Assembly (NCBI RefSeq): GCF_018350175.1
Contig: NC_058368.1
Location: 3,410,001 to 3,474,000, forward strand
DNA length: 64,000 nucleotides
Source of the DNA: Felis catus
Lineage: Eukaryota
Reading direction: 5' to 3'
Positions 26,025-38,502 of this stretch are shown piece by piece. The stretch's first letter is position 1; each line of letters opens with the position of its first letter. Under the pieces are notes generated by a model. The model made no database searches and was not told the DNA's origin. It was given only the letters and a program-made list of their open reading frames with translations. A program made the position numbers and the translations under genes.

Positions 26025-26167
26025 GTAAGAAAGTCATGCCTACACATGGAAGACCCGTTGACTTTAAAATAGAATTCTACAAAATAAAATAACATAACAT
26101 AAACTAGCACTCTCCATTCTACGAAGTATGCTAAATGCCTTTCTGCATCGGTATGATGTCTTCGCAG

Positions 26168-26342
26168 TTACCCATCATGCTCTGGCCCTCTGCCCCTTGT
26201 ACGGAAGAAAAACATCATCCCACTGCTCGCAGCCAGATTCCCAAAGGAACGGGCTGGAGCTCAAAATGTTAACCTCAACTCTCTCTCATAAGAGAGATAA
26301 ATGTTGGCATTACTCTTTATAAAGTTTAACTTACCCTCCATG
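26168..26342 (+). pseudogene. Pseudogene A PLAT/LH2 exon
   Basis: Acceptor gtcttcgcag; LCPLYGRKTSSHCSQPDSQRNGLELKMLTSTLSHKRDKCWHYS matches the polycystin PLAT pattern LYG..S.H..P.F.RG.D.F.LT...LWHDNS. Confidence 0.6.
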
Positions 26343-26462
26343 TGCACCCATTCGTACAGACACAGATAGGATAACCGAGGGGGAAAAAAATAAAGGGAAG
26401 AAATGCATGTTGGTTTCAAAATCTTTTCGTGCACATTTCAGAAAATGAAATCAAGTTCAATA

Positions 26463-26806
26463 TTATTAGTTCTTTAGTTTGGTGGGGCTGCCATAGCGAA
26501 GCAGCACTGACTGGGTGGTCTAAACAACAGAAATTCTTTTCTTATTTTTTGTAGTTCTGGAGGCTGGAGGTCCGTTGTCAAGATGTTGCCAGGATTGGTG
26601 TCCTCTCTCCTTGGTTTACAGATGGCCGTCTTCTCTCCATGTCTTTGTAGGTTGTTCCTTCTGTCTGTGTTGGATTAGGACCCACCCTAATGACCACACG
26701 TCACCTTACCCACCTCTTTAAAGCCCCTCTCTTCAAACACAGTCACATTGTAAGGACTCCAACGTATGAATTGGGGGGGGGGGGGACACACTTCAACCCA
26801 TGACAA
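26463..26806 (-). mobile_element. MaLR solo LTR (MLT1-type)
   Basis: ggggctgccatagc..ctgggtggtctaaacaacagaaatt..gttctggaggctggaggtcc..ttcaacccatgaca. Confidence 0.8.
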
Positions 26807-27720
26807 CTAATAACTCCACTTTGCAAGCCACAAGTCCTGATGTAAATGGAAGAGTCAGTTCCAAGTATCACGTATAAAGTTCAACAGTGTTTTGAAAGCC
26901 TGCTTGATTCGACTTCGCATAATATTTCACTTCGGGGAAAAGACTTTCATTTGTTTTTGTTTTCTATCCCTCAGGCAAATCTTCATTTAACATCCATCAT
27001 GCATAAAAAGCTGTTAAGTGTGCTCTGAATGGAAATGGATTCAAAGGCGCGTGTCACACATGGCCTCCTCTATCAACACGATTTCAAATCTTAATTGATA
27101 ACGGATCAGGTTCTATGGTTAGTATGTGACAAATGCCAAAATATAAGCTAGCCCTGAAAACAGTGCCTAGAATATAGGAGACAGTCACCAGATGTTTTGA
27201 GGAAATATTATATGCATAAGATGATTTTTTAGCATTTCTCTTTGGTATCTGAAGGGGATAAAAGGGAAGCTGGGGCCATAGTCCAGAAAATTTCTTCCTG
27301 GAATTCTCCCAGTAACAACTGAGGCTTTGGGATGAAAGATGGGACCACACCTTCAGGGACTCTGAAGTAAACAATTAAAGTCAGTGGCTGTAGAGCACTT
27401 GTGACTCATCCTCCTAATTCCTTACCCAGAGGACAATTTTTGGCAATTTCTTGTGAAAATAAATTACGGGGAATTGATAAAGAAGATACGCAGAAAGTTT
27501 CCAAATTGTATAATATTTCAAAAAGCCCTATGTAGTTTGACCATAGGTTAATTTTTATTAGATGAATACATTTACTTGGTCACAGTTTATAGATCTTTTT
27601 TCCCCTTACGACTAGAACTCTACAATTTTTATCGTATGTCTCGAAAAGAATTTTTCCCCCCTCTGAAGAAGCCCGAGTCAAAACAACAGTGTATTTCCTT
27701 TTTTCCCCTTCAAATGTTAG

Positions 27721-27900
27721 GAACAATACTCTTTCTAGATTGATAGCCAACATATCACGCTTTAATCCTGCTGGACCTTTATCTGTGCCGAGTTAGAAAC
27801 CTTTAAACACAGTTGTTAATCGTGGCCTAGGCGGGCAGACTTTGAACTGCTATCACGCACTCATGGCTGTGATTTCTACAGACTCGAAGCGAACACTTAG
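27721..27900 (+). pseudogene. Pseudogene A PLAT second-half exon
   Basis: Long pyrimidine tract plus ttag, donor AG|gtttgc; LSRLIANISRFN-(fs)-CWTFICAEL...VNRGLGGQT versus family VSRV.V.D....W.FLC..WL.VD.GDG. Confidence 0.62.
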
Positions 27901-28070
27901 GTTTGCACAGTGTTAAGATCCTGGGCGTTAGTCATAAAGGAGTCATAAATTATTCCTGTGCAAAGCTCTCTACTTCTCATCCGTCTTTTAGACTTAATAC
28001 AAAGGCATGTTAGAAGCGGGTCCTGTTACTGTCTGTGAAACAATGCAAGGCTGCGGTAGGTCTATTTGAG

Positions 28071-28250
28071 ACAAGATTTTACAGCTATGTCATAAAACAT
28101 ATCTGAGTAAAAACATATGGTTGCTTGATCATTAAGATTTTTCCAACTGAATGCGCCAAACTTCGCAAGACAGCAGAATTTCGTTTTTGCTTTGATACCT
28201 GTAATGAGTGACCAAGTAGTCCCTGAAGACCACGACTTTTAACAAAAGAT
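28071..28250 (+). pseudogene. Pseudogene A TM2 region remnant
   Basis: Frameshifted RFYSYVIK-YLSKNIWLL...PNFARQQ-ISFLL versus family LF....L.D.HIW.S...S.FTR.QRLS; boundaries approximate. Confidence 0.55.
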
Positions 28251-28643
28251 TAACCATTTCCTAAAATTGTGTGCTTGTTCACAAAGCACGTGAAGAAACC
28301 TCTTTCCTGACTGAGCCCAAAATAAAACATGCCCAGGTGTATGGGCTCAAGTCCATTCCGTTTTGCTCCCAACAGCTTCTCTCTGGTGATGTCAGTGCGG
28401 ATTTCCTGTCCCAAATCACCTCTTGAGGGTCAGGAAGATCTCTTCTCCAAAAAGATACTGATAACGACCTGGGAAAGGAATCACAGAGTAGAGTAAACCC
28501 GAGAAACCTCGGGTCAGGGAAACATTAAGCAAAATTATTTCCTGAAATTCCTCCTTTTAACTCATTATGGAGAGAACCCGTTTTCTTACGACACTGAAAA
28601 GATTCTGGCCGTAAAAGAACACGCACCTATTTTCAGATTTCAG

Positions 28644-29100
28644 ATGAACGGCCCAGGTTCAATTTGGATTAAAGAAAACCTGGTGCACCTAGCAATTATT
28701 CATCCCTCTTTCGAGTGGTATGCTTATTGGTTTGGTTTTCGAAACAGTTTCTCCTCCACACACAGAATGGCTGAAACGTCCCGAGCGTCACGGTCTTGTG
28801 ACAGCCAGCTGTTGTCCCAAACCCGATGCTGGAACCGTGGCCCCAAAGAGCATGTCACATGCAGACAGGGAAAGGTGCCATCGCTCTGATTTTATCTCTG
28901 GCACGGTCCCGAGAGCAAAACTCCCCACACCCACCCTTGCCGTATCCCAGCTTTGGCTACAGAGTTGCAGATTCGGGGAAGTTCTGGGAAAAAACCAAAC
29001 GATGGAATCATTCGGTGAGTCCCTTAAACTAAGTGTTTTTAATGCCACTTGGCTTATTTCAGGTTCTTAAGTTACACTCACTCCCAGTGTGCTTTCTGGC
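28644..29100 (+). pseudogene. Pseudogene A TM3-TM5 remnants
   Basis: Acceptor ttttcagatttcag; ENLVHLAIIHP..MLIGLVFETVSP (TM3-like); GKFWEKTKRW / ESFGESLKLSVF-LMPL (TM5-like). Confidence 0.45.
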
Positions 29101-29322
29101 CGTGGGTGGCCCGGGTAAGTCACCAGCAACCCCAACTCTGGTTCCCCACACATGCTGGCCTCTGACAAAGAGCCGTCCTCCGCCCCGCTCCCTCCCTGGT
29201 CACAGGGAGCAAACAGGAGAGTTTGTTCTTTCAGAGCATTAAACACTTTCCTAAATTGGAGCTCAGTTTCTACAGCATACTCACATTTCACCTAAGAGAC
29301 CAACCAAAATAGTCTGATAACA

Positions 29323-29326
<4 letters not shown>

Positions 29327-29367
<41 letters not shown>
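29327..29367. repeat. (CA)n microsatellite
   Basis: Pure CA run. Confidence 0.95.
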
Positions 29368-29368
<1 letters not shown>

Positions 29369-29635
29369 CAGAGCAGAATGATTAGAAAATCACTCTTCAG
29401 GTGATTTTGAGGAAGGAATACATGATGCCTTTATTACTGATCATCAGTAAATGCAGCTGATTTTGGATTCCAGGAGAATATTTTAGATTTTATGTATCTA
29501 CGTGGCCAAAATTTATACCTGGATTGAACACCTAAGTCATTAATTACTGAACAACGTTTGGGTTTTGTGATCGAAATAATAATAGGTACTAATAGATATT
29601 GACTTAGTATTATCTATCACACATACGTGCTTCCC

Positions 29636-29836
29636 TTTTTAAATTTTTTAACGTTTATTTGAGAGAGACAGAGCATGAATGGGGGAGGGGCAGAGAACGG
29701 GAGACAGAGTTTGAAGCAGGCTCCAGGCTCTGAACTGTCAGCACACAGCCCATTGCGGGGCTCGAACCCACAGACTGTGAGATCGTGACCTGAGCCGAAG
29801 TCAGTTGCTCAACCGACTCAGCCACCCGGGTGCCCC
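29636..29836 (-). mobile_element. Can-SINE
   Basis: Antisense SINE body ending gccacccgggtgcccc. Confidence 0.9.
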
Positions 29837-30393
29837 TATAAGTGCCTCCCTTAATCCACACAACAGCCTCATGAAAGAGACACAAACACCGAGGCGTAGA
29901 GCAATAATGTGACTAGTCCCAGGCCTCTTGCACCCAAGTAGCTAACCTCGGATCTCACCAGAATTCCGACTCTACAGCGCAAACGGAGACCAAACACACA
30001 GTATCCATTGCGGAGTGTTTGGAAGACAGGAACTGCTCAAAGCAGCTTCAAACTAGCAGTGTTGCTAAAATTGCAAGAAAACGGATTATTGCTGCTACAT
30101 TCCGACAAGTAATTATTTTGGCCAATAGGGATGTGAACAAACAGGACATTCAACGCGTCTCAGTTACGTAAATGAGTGTTGCACGTGTTTTCTGACATAA
30201 TCATCTCCACCTCCAAATTCATTAGCTTCCACTTATGACATTGCCCTTCTGAAAGTCTGAACCTCTAGGCTAATAAGAGGTTAAAATATTTTAAGCTATG
30301 GGAACTTGGGGAGAAAAACCAAAGGGAATCATTTACGAAAGCTAGTTGGGCAATAAGGTATTCTTATAAGTAGATATACTCAGCGATTTTCAG

Positions 30394-30564
30394 GTCTTTA
30401 AGTTTGGCAAAGGAAGTTGTCCAATATTAGAACCTGTGTTAAACCTTTATTGATTATATGGGAATCAAAGAAATACACATCACTACATGCCATTTGCAAC
30501 CATCGGAGAAATGTTTTATGTGCAACAAGACGAGAGCCTTTAAAACACCTGCCAGACTCCGAAG
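30394..30564 (+). pseudogene. Pseudogene A TOP-domain start exon
   Basis: Acceptor gattttcag, donor AAG|gtattg; KLSNIRT...LYGNQRNTHHYMPFATIGEMFYVQQDESL*NTCQTP; preceded at ~30030-30165 by AKIARKRIIAATFRQVIILANRDVN. Confidence 0.5.
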
Positions 30565-31399
30565 GTATTGCCTACTGCAAAAAAATCATAAGCTTTGGGC
30601 CTGACAGGGCTGGATTTGGATTTCTCATTATGGATGTATCCCCAGGAAGGTTTACTCAAGTGCCTTAAGTTTCCATTATCTCATCTTTGAAAGTGTTACT
30701 GTGCGGCTTATGTGAAATAATGCGTTTGAGGCACCAAGCAGAGTCCGGCATACAGTGGTACTTTCTATATATAGTGGGACTGTGTAGCCTAATACGTGGT
30801 GCTTTCACATCGCCTTTATATACTTGGGGGTAAAGACCCTTGCCATGAGCAAAACCCCAGCGACCACTTGTCTTTCAAGGTTAGATTCCTAACATTTGTC
30901 CGTCAGGAGCCTAACTTCTCCACTGTCTTTCATCGTCATGGGCAGGGGCAACGGTGGGAGATGGATGTGCATGTGGAGCGCGGCTAGTGCATCTGGAAGG
31001 TGGGCGCTGTGAACGATGCTACCTGGGCAGCCTGGGCCCTGGGGGCTGCAGAGCAAGAGGTGGGATGCGGTGTAGGTGGGTGGATGAGAGGCACCTGCCC
31101 CCAGGCATCTCGCTGTGCCTCTTCACTCCTCCTGCCGCCCCCAGGGACACACACACACACACACACGCACACACACACGAGCTCTGTGTGCATGCATTCT
31201 CAGCGCCGTCCTGGACTGCTTGAAGCCATGACTAGAAAGACAACACGATCGATGTGCCTGTCCTCACTAGGATTTCTCATCACTGCCTTCCTACACCAGC
31301 TTCCAAGCAGCCAGCCCCGGGTTAGGGCTGAGAACGACAGGATGCAATGGAGACGAGAAACGCGTGGCCTGTGGTGGTTGAAAATGGGTTAAGGACAGA

Positions 31400-31579
31400 A
31401 AACAACCATTTCTGGAGAAGACACACCCGGAGGCAAAGTCCTGGAGGATGGCTCTGTAAACCACGTCCCTCCCCGCAGGCTTCCTCCGGACGTGTCTTTC
31501 ACTCCAGCTTCCCAGCTACTTCTCAGGGGGAGTTACTCCCAGAATTCCCACCGAGAAATCTGTCATGCACCCCTTCCAC
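31400..31579 (+). pseudogene. Pseudogene A TOP exon (ED..GW...Y.GGGY)
   Basis: GEDT (31414-31425), SPGGWL, SYFSGG-(fs)-YS at 31514; donor AC|gtaggt. Confidence 0.5.
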
Positions 31580-32858
31580 GTAGGTGACTTCCTCAGCCGC
31601 CAGCAAGCACCTCTTACATTGTTAATGGTTTTACTTTTGGTTCTTGTGATAATGTAACAGGTATTAACTGGGCTCCCTGTGGCAAGGAAAAATAAAGATT
31701 TTGCTGGAAATACGAAGATGGAGGAGGCATCGCCCTGACGTGCTAGGAGCCGGAGGTCCAGGGCGGGAGTCAATGTCAAATACAGAAGTAGAGCATAGTG
31801 GGAAAAGGCAGAGGTTGCCGTGGGAGCAGAGAGGGCCTTCCTGTGCCAGGGAGAGCGGTCAGAAGGACGTCCTGGAGGAGTAGCTTCTCTGCTGAATTTT
31901 AAATAAAGGAAAATTTTCAGGGGACCAGGAGGGTGCCACCACTTAGGTCATTCACTCGCTCGCTCGCTCTTTTTTGCATTTAACATACTTGATGGGCTTA
32001 CCAGAAGGAAGGGAAACGCAGAGAAGACAAACACAGAGAAAGAGAGAATAAGTTCCAACACAGCTCGTCCAAAGTGACACATGGCCACGTGCTTCACAGA
32101 GACAGAAATCCCGAATCTGGTGGTGACCACAGGCCACAGCCCACAATAAACGGATCCTAAAACGAATTCCAGACGCTCTCTGTGCACCGTTCCTCTGCCC
32201 GAGTAAAACGTGGCATCTGTTTGACAGATGCCATAGTCTGACTCCCCACCGCCGTGTGCCCTGGGGCCGGTGGCTGAGGGGGTGAAGGGCGCCCGAGCTC
32301 TCTGTCCCCATTGGCGTTCAAGCCATGGAACAGTTAAGCATAAGGCCCTGAGAGGAAATCGACTTTTAGGCCCCAAACCAGAGTTGTAGGTTTTCTCTGT
32401 TTCTGTTATTAGCACAGTTTAATACATTAAAATATCTAGAACCAGAGCGCACGCTTTATTTTTCTAATACTTTCAACCACAGTGTATTCGAACACCGGCC
32501 CTAGAATAATATTACCCAGGAACACAGAGGTACCACAGGAGGGAACTGCTGTAGGCCAGTTCCACGTTCCCGCTGATGTTTCCGTCTCCCCGGAGCCCCA
32601 ATCCCCCTCCCAGACCCTTAACTATATACACATGTGCGTGTGTGCGAACGTATATGCAGGAGTGTACACAGAGACATGCATATTTAGAGTCATGCCCTCT
32701 GGTATATTTGTGTTGTAGCTAAACGTGATACATTCAACATTATTTAGAGACGTTCTTTGCTTGGTGCCTCAACCGTGTGACTCCAGAGTTTCTTAGACTG
32801 GAAGATGAGCCAATTTTACAGACCAGGAAGTTAAGCCTGAGACTCTGTGTTTACCCAG

Positions 32859-33320
32859 GCCGCTCTGGAGTGCGTGGACGTGGGACAGGACCAAGGATTT
32901 CTTACTCTGAATTTCATCTGCCTGTCCCTCTGTGCCCGGCCAAATTCTAAAAAGGCAGAGGCAAGAGATCGTGCATTTGTAAGCGTATCTCAGCGTATTT
33001 CCCAGTTCTTCTCGGATCCCAAGCAAAGCTGCCTGTTCAAAGCCCCTTCCACAATGATGATCACCTAGATTAAGGAGGAAACCTTACTGAAGGCACGGTG
33101 CTATTTCCATAGAGAAATCCATCTTGCGACGTTGACATTTTTGTTGCCATTAGAAAACCTGGAGCTCGTGGCTACGAAGAAGGCGGACGAGCCCGTGCAA
33201 GAGTGTCGTGTCAGCTCCTGATAACGGTGCCATTAATCTTAGCGTCACTCACACTTGAGCAGACTCCAGCAGGTCATCTGCCCCGTCGAGAGTGGGTGGA
33301 TTTCATTATTTTTCAGCCGT
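32859..33320 (+). pseudogene. Pseudogene A WID-motif exon (32859-32978) and S1-S2 exon (33113-~33320)
   Basis: LECVDVG..TK..LNFICLSL|gtaagc; EIHLATLTFLLPLENLEL..-(fs)-CQLLITVPLILASL...HLPRREWVDF (compare recalled PKD1 RPRRFTSF). Confidence 0.55.
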
Positions 33321-34218
33321 CCCTGATTAGATGGGAGGCAGTGCAATAACAAATGTCACCCAAGGCGACCCCTCCTCCATAAATAACCACCGGCGCCTTC
33401 CGTGTGCGGCGCTGGGGCTCCCGATCCGCTCCCCGGGTCTCCAGCACGTTCGAGCGGGGCTGATCTCTGCTGTGTGCGTGGAATAGCCCCTGGTGGGGCT
33501 ACCAGAAGCCAGGAGGCGGAGTGTCTTGGTGAGGGAGTGCTAAAGAGGGAAGGTATTTGTCCTCTGTCCTCTTTCAGTCCTTGGAATTTTTCATCAATTT
33601 TTCAGTCATCCTGAATCCGCTCTGGAATTCGGGAGACTTAATAATGATGCCATGTAAAGGAATTATTGCAGATGTCTACATGATCCTTTCCAAGTAATCC
33701 TTTACATTTTCAAAAAATGCCTTCCTTTGAAGACGAGATGCCCATAAGGGCCTATTGGCTCCTACCGACCTACATAGTTTTGATTTCCTAATACTCCAAG
33801 CTCGCTTTTGGCAATCCACCAGGGGTCCGGGGTAGGAAAGCTTTGAGTGAGATAGTTTCATACAATAAATTTTCTCTGACAGTTCGAGCACGCGCTCTTA
33901 CGACATCCCATTTTCCCAGACACGGACGCTGTGCCGATTCAGAGGGCACGTGCACCCCACGCCTCGCCAGGGAGGCCCACGTGCTCATTACTAACCTTTC
34001 TTCCCACGAGCAAAAGTGAGACTGTGTTTCTAGCTACACGTCACACAGAAAATATGCTTTTTTCAATAAATGCCTCCGCACTTCTATGACAAACGTCGCT
34101 AGGAAGATCTGTAAGCCCAACTTTAGTCAGGCTACCAGTGATGGTTCCTCGTTGTTGTTTTTTTAAATAAGGTACTAACTATCTAACATTTTTTTGTCTT
34201 CTTTTCACGTAAATACAG

Positions 34219-34408
34219 CTGCTGAGGAAGAGGAGAGCCTAAGGTGTTTTAGTTAGTTGAGCAACTTAAAGACTGTCCCCTATTGGGTATTTGTAAGCAT
34301 GAAAAGCTTTTGGTCTTTCACTCCGGATGCGGAGAGAAAGGCTGTGACCTTCCATCCCAGTGGAGAACACAATTCATCTTGCCGGCTACAACCATGGTTC
34401 ACTCCACA
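34219..34408 (+). pseudogene. Pseudogene A S3-S5 exon
   Basis: Acceptor tttttgtcttcttttcacgtaaatacag; AAEEEESL..GVLV..AT-(fs)-LKTV...FILPATTMVHST versus recalled PKD1L2 TAAAD..LVLLSTVK. Confidence 0.55.
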
Positions 34409-35250
34409 GTACTTAGAGAGAGATGGAAAACGTATAGTGTCTGATGTCAGGCAATCAGGGGTGTGCCTGACCAATATCAAGTTAAAATAGCAACGCGAAA
34501 CCCGTTCAACCGGAACCGTAAACCTTTTACCCAGAAATGAAGTTTGCTCAAGTTTTCAGCAACTTCTCCAAACCCTATTTCCGTCTCTCTGAATTCTTTT
34601 TTGCTCCAGAATGAGCCTAGAGGGGAGTTAGCATCCGTGCACCGGTCTTCTGGCGTTCATTCATTCATTCATTCATGTAATAAGGAAATACTTCTTGACT
34701 TTCTTGGCCTGACCCAGACCGTGTTTCAAAGGCCACACTGAACAGAGCCAAGCACGTGGAAATCCTGGCCTGACCGCTTACAAATGATGAGATAGCGGAC
34801 AGGGACTTGACTTAATCTCTCTGAGCCTCGTTTTCCCCAGCTGTCAGACAACCGAGTGGTGCTCACCTCTCGTGGCTTCAGACATTGGATGGGGGACGTG
34901 GCTGTACCTTCCAGGAAAACAGAATTGCAATAACCCTACTTTCATATTTTTTCCTGTACGGTGCGTTAAGCTTTTTCTGTGAGTGTCCGTGTAGAGGATC
35001 TCATTTCATCCTCAAGCTAGCTCAGTGAGGTGGTGTTTCTTATTTCAATTGCCTTCGAGAATTGAGGAAACCGAAGCCAGACCGGGGGGGGGGGTCACAG
35101 ATTAGCCGAAGGTTCCTACTCACCAGCGTCCTGGATGACACCTGGCACTGCCTCACCAAGCTTCCCTCGCACAGAATCACGTGCTGACAAAACTATGTTA
35201 AAATCGACAACCATCTGTAGCCTTGGGATCACATTTTAATTTTTCTGTAG

Positions 35251-35760
35251 TCGACAGTTATCTGTGGGCTCCCCGAATCAGCTGGCAAAACACCTTGATA
35301 CAAACCCACCGATGCCAGAAATCCCCACAACGGTAACCCCCTCCTTGAGGGTAAACATCGACCTCTTCCCATAATATGGATCAAAAATATACACAGACCT
35401 AAACGTGGGAGCATATTTAGTCTATAATACTGCAGAATGCGTGCTTTCGTCAGCTCTGTGCTCGAAAGGAAAAAAAAATCCAGGCAGAAAGAGAGATCTG
35501 GAGTCTGGGGAAAGAGAGCCCTGAGAAGAACAGAAAGAACAGAAAGCAGTCGAGGCAGTCCTGCAGCCGGCAATGTGTCCTGCATGTGTCCACCTGAGCA
35601 AGAATCCCTTCTCTGCCAGCGTGTGCCGCCCGCAGCCAGAGGGGACAGGCAGGGCACGTCGGGCCATTACAGCAGACGCACTTCTCGGGACGTCTCATCC
35701 GACCTACCTGGCCCTGCTGAATCTAATTTACACTTTTATTAATAAAAGCCAAGTTTCTGC
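35251..35760 (+). pseudogene. Pseudogene A terminal exon (pore, S6, C-tail, poly(A) signal)
   Basis: Acceptor ttttaatttttctgtag; STVICG..YKPTDA..TVTPLLEG..P-NVGAYLV..MRAFVSSVLERKKK; tail ORF 35437-35742 ends in TAA overlapping AATAAA 35741-35746. Confidence 0.62.
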
Positions 35761-36694
35761 CCTTCTGGCTGTCTCGATAAACCTGCTTGCCTCTTGATGG
35801 AGGCTGATCCTTTGGAGGATAGCACCTCTGGAGGCCTGAATTCACTTTTTTTTTTTTTTGTAATTTTAACAAGGTGTTAAATATGCAGTTTAATTATAAG
35901 CCTGAAATTCCAGTGAGGTCGATGACTTTGCCGCTGAGGGACAGAACTACAGGACCTGGAGTGAGGATCATTTCTGGAGTAGGAACGTGGGGACTCAGCA
36001 CACAGGCATGCGAAAGTGGCCGAGAGGAGCCTTTTAGGTAATGTCTAGGAATATCTGGCTTCAGTTCGAGATTTTGTGGAAAGAGCAAGGTGGGGGATAG
36101 ACATTTCTGGAAAGGGGGAGAATCGTGGTTCAATAGACACAACATGGGTTATGCCTGCATGTACGAATTCTCTTCTGCTATTTTAAACTAGGTTCATGGA
36201 AAAGTCCAACTGACAGACCAATTATTAATGGATTCACTACATTCCAAACTACATATGGAAAATTTTTCTATGAGAAATGAACAAAGTATGTATTATTTTT
36301 TTATAGAGAGAGGTTTTTAAAAAATTGTTTTCCACATTCCAAAACTTACCATGTTTGCCATAGAAGAAAAAAAAACACAAAGCAAAACAACAAGTATTAA
36401 TAGAGCATTAGCTTATAGATATTTATGCTTTGTATCCCTATTATATATTTTGAATTAAAATTAGAGCATTTTTATTTTGTAAGGACCTTTACCATTTCAA
36501 CTGATGATTAATATGCTAATTTATGAGTGTTTCATGATTTATCTTTTAAAGTACTAATATGGGGCCTTAGGCTTATTAACAAATTGTTTATGTAGATGAA
36601 ACAAAGTCATTAACAGTATACTTAAATCATAGTAATATTAAGAATAAATTTCTGGAAAGAAGACTGCGACATCCAAAAGCCAGTTTCCAAATAA

Positions 36695-37100
36695 AAAATG
36701 CATTGAATACACCTAACCTACTGAGCATCATAACTTAGCCTAGCCTGCGTTATGCTTACGTTAGCCTACAGTCGGGGAAGATCATCAAACACAAAGCCTA
36801 GTGTCGAATAAAGTGCTGAATGTCTCATGGAATGTACTGAACACCGTACTGAAAGTGACAGAGTGGCTACCTGGGGACAGCATGGTTGTCACCTTGTTGG
36901 CTGTTGATCCTCATAATCGTATGGCCAGCTGGGAGCTCCTGCCACCACCAGCATCATGAGAGGGAAAGGTCCCACATACCGCTAGCCCCGGAAAAGATCT
37001 GAATGCAAAATTCAAAGGACGGTTTCTACTAAAGCACATCTCTTTCATACCATGGTAAACTCAAACAATCCTAAGTTGAACCGTTGTAAGTCAGGGACTT
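36695..37100. mobile_element. Tigger5/MER47-type DNA transposon fragment
   Basis: aaatgcattgaatacacctaaccta..ttagcctagcct..ggtttctact..gtaagtcagggact matches MER47-family text as recalled. Confidence 0.75.
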
Positions 37101-38502
37101 ATATTGTAGCCAAGACCATTCCGATGTTGCTTTGTCTCTTCTAAGTTTTGATTGATTTTAATTGTGAATTGTCTTTAGCCCAAATAGATAAATGCATCAT
37201 CTAAAACTAATTACCTATTTGTCCCCACCTTTTCTTTTTAGTCTTATTAGCTATGATCATAAGGAACCCTTTTTAAATATCTGACTCTCATATTTCACCA
37301 TTTAACATAAGTTTGATATTGTAGGTATTTCTATCGGGTAAGCAAGTATATCCTTCTCTCCCCTGTTTATCAAGAGTTTAATCAGAATGTACACTCGATT
37401 TTCTTAAAGTTTCTTTAGGAATTTTGGTAGTTCTAAGCACTTTATTATAACATCTATCCTCTAATTTCAGCTCTTAGAGATAGGGTCCCCCATACTTCAA
37501 CCAGGCACACACTACCAAAAAACAAAAACAAGACTATTTCCCAGCTTTTCTTGAAATTACATTATGTGGCTAATTTCAGAGTAATGGGACATGAGCAGAA
37601 GTGAACTGAGCAGCATTTGGCTTACTTCCTCCTATAGACTTTTTTCTTTACACACTAGAATAACCCCTTGGAAGAAGAGAAAGAAATTAGTTGTTGAGTT
37701 TGATGGTGTCCACCTACCTGACCAAAAGTCTGGATTATCTCTAGAATCAGAGCAATTGACCAGTCAAGACCACTAGCCTCTTCTAGACTGCCATGTAAAG
37801 GATATATACTGCATAATTTTATGCATAAATATAGAAGTGTATATCTTCTATATGTTAATATTTTATATATATATATTATATTATATATATATATATAATT
37901 ACACAACTGATTTTAAGAAAGTTGTTCAAAGATGTTAACTTCTTTTCACAAATGATATGTTTTTCACTTCTTCCACTGATCTTATTCCAGAACTGACTGC
38001 CCTTAGTGATTATTTCCCCTAAGTCATCACCAGAAGGTCAAGGCTACTTGAAAGTTCCTACATGCTGAAACAAAAGTTTCAAAGCCTCTGATGATGTGTT
38101 AAACAGGTCCCTCCAAGTGCAAGAAATGACTCTCTGCCGCATTCAAGTTGAGGCCATGATGACCCTCCACACGAATTCTTGAAACCATCCAAACCTGATC
38201 CCCCGTTCCTTTCCTTTACCAAAGACACATGACTGGTGAACAAAGGTGCCCGTTCAGTGTGTTCACACATACGGTATGATTATCACAAGACAAGTATGGG
38301 CTAGATGGAAGGGGTGAGCAGAGACAAGTAACACAGCTGTAGTTTTCGAGACTTGTGCTCTCCTCTATCTTCCTGCCACACTCCTCAAAGCTATGAGGAA
38401 TGTCTGTGTGTTATAAACATTAGATGGAAAATAGTTAGCCAGGACAAGTCACTTTCCTGTCAAGAGAACAAAAGTTGAAATAATCAGGAGACAGGAAAAG
38501 TA

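Larger units (their letters stand above)
2300..35760 (+). pseudogene. Decayed multi-exon polycystin-1-family (PKD1-like; PKD/REJ/GPS/PLAT/11-TM channel) pseudogene A
   Basis: About 25 candidate segments, most bounded by AG/GT, translate to motifs in polycystin-1 order: NWGDG..LNHVF (13603, PKD domain); GHE-AYTVFEV (18743, REJ end); GVVSFKLKV..LHI (22290, GAIN); LYG..QRNG..LT..WH (26168-26320, PLAT); LSRLIA..WTFIC (27721, PLAT); FYS..YLSKNIWL..NFARQQ (28075-28176); EDT..GW..SYFSGG-Y (31417-31540, TOP); QLLITVPLILASL..PRREWVDF (33200-33304); AAEEE..GVLV..ATLK (34219); STVICG..YK..DA..VGAYLV..AFVSSVL (35251-35465). Many stops and frameshifts. The 5' end may lie upstream. Confidence 0.72.

Noticed and set aside
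31954..31969. (GCTC)3 resembling an AAV Rep-binding element
   Set aside because: Short tetranucleotide repeat with no ITR hairpin or parvoviral ORF nearby.
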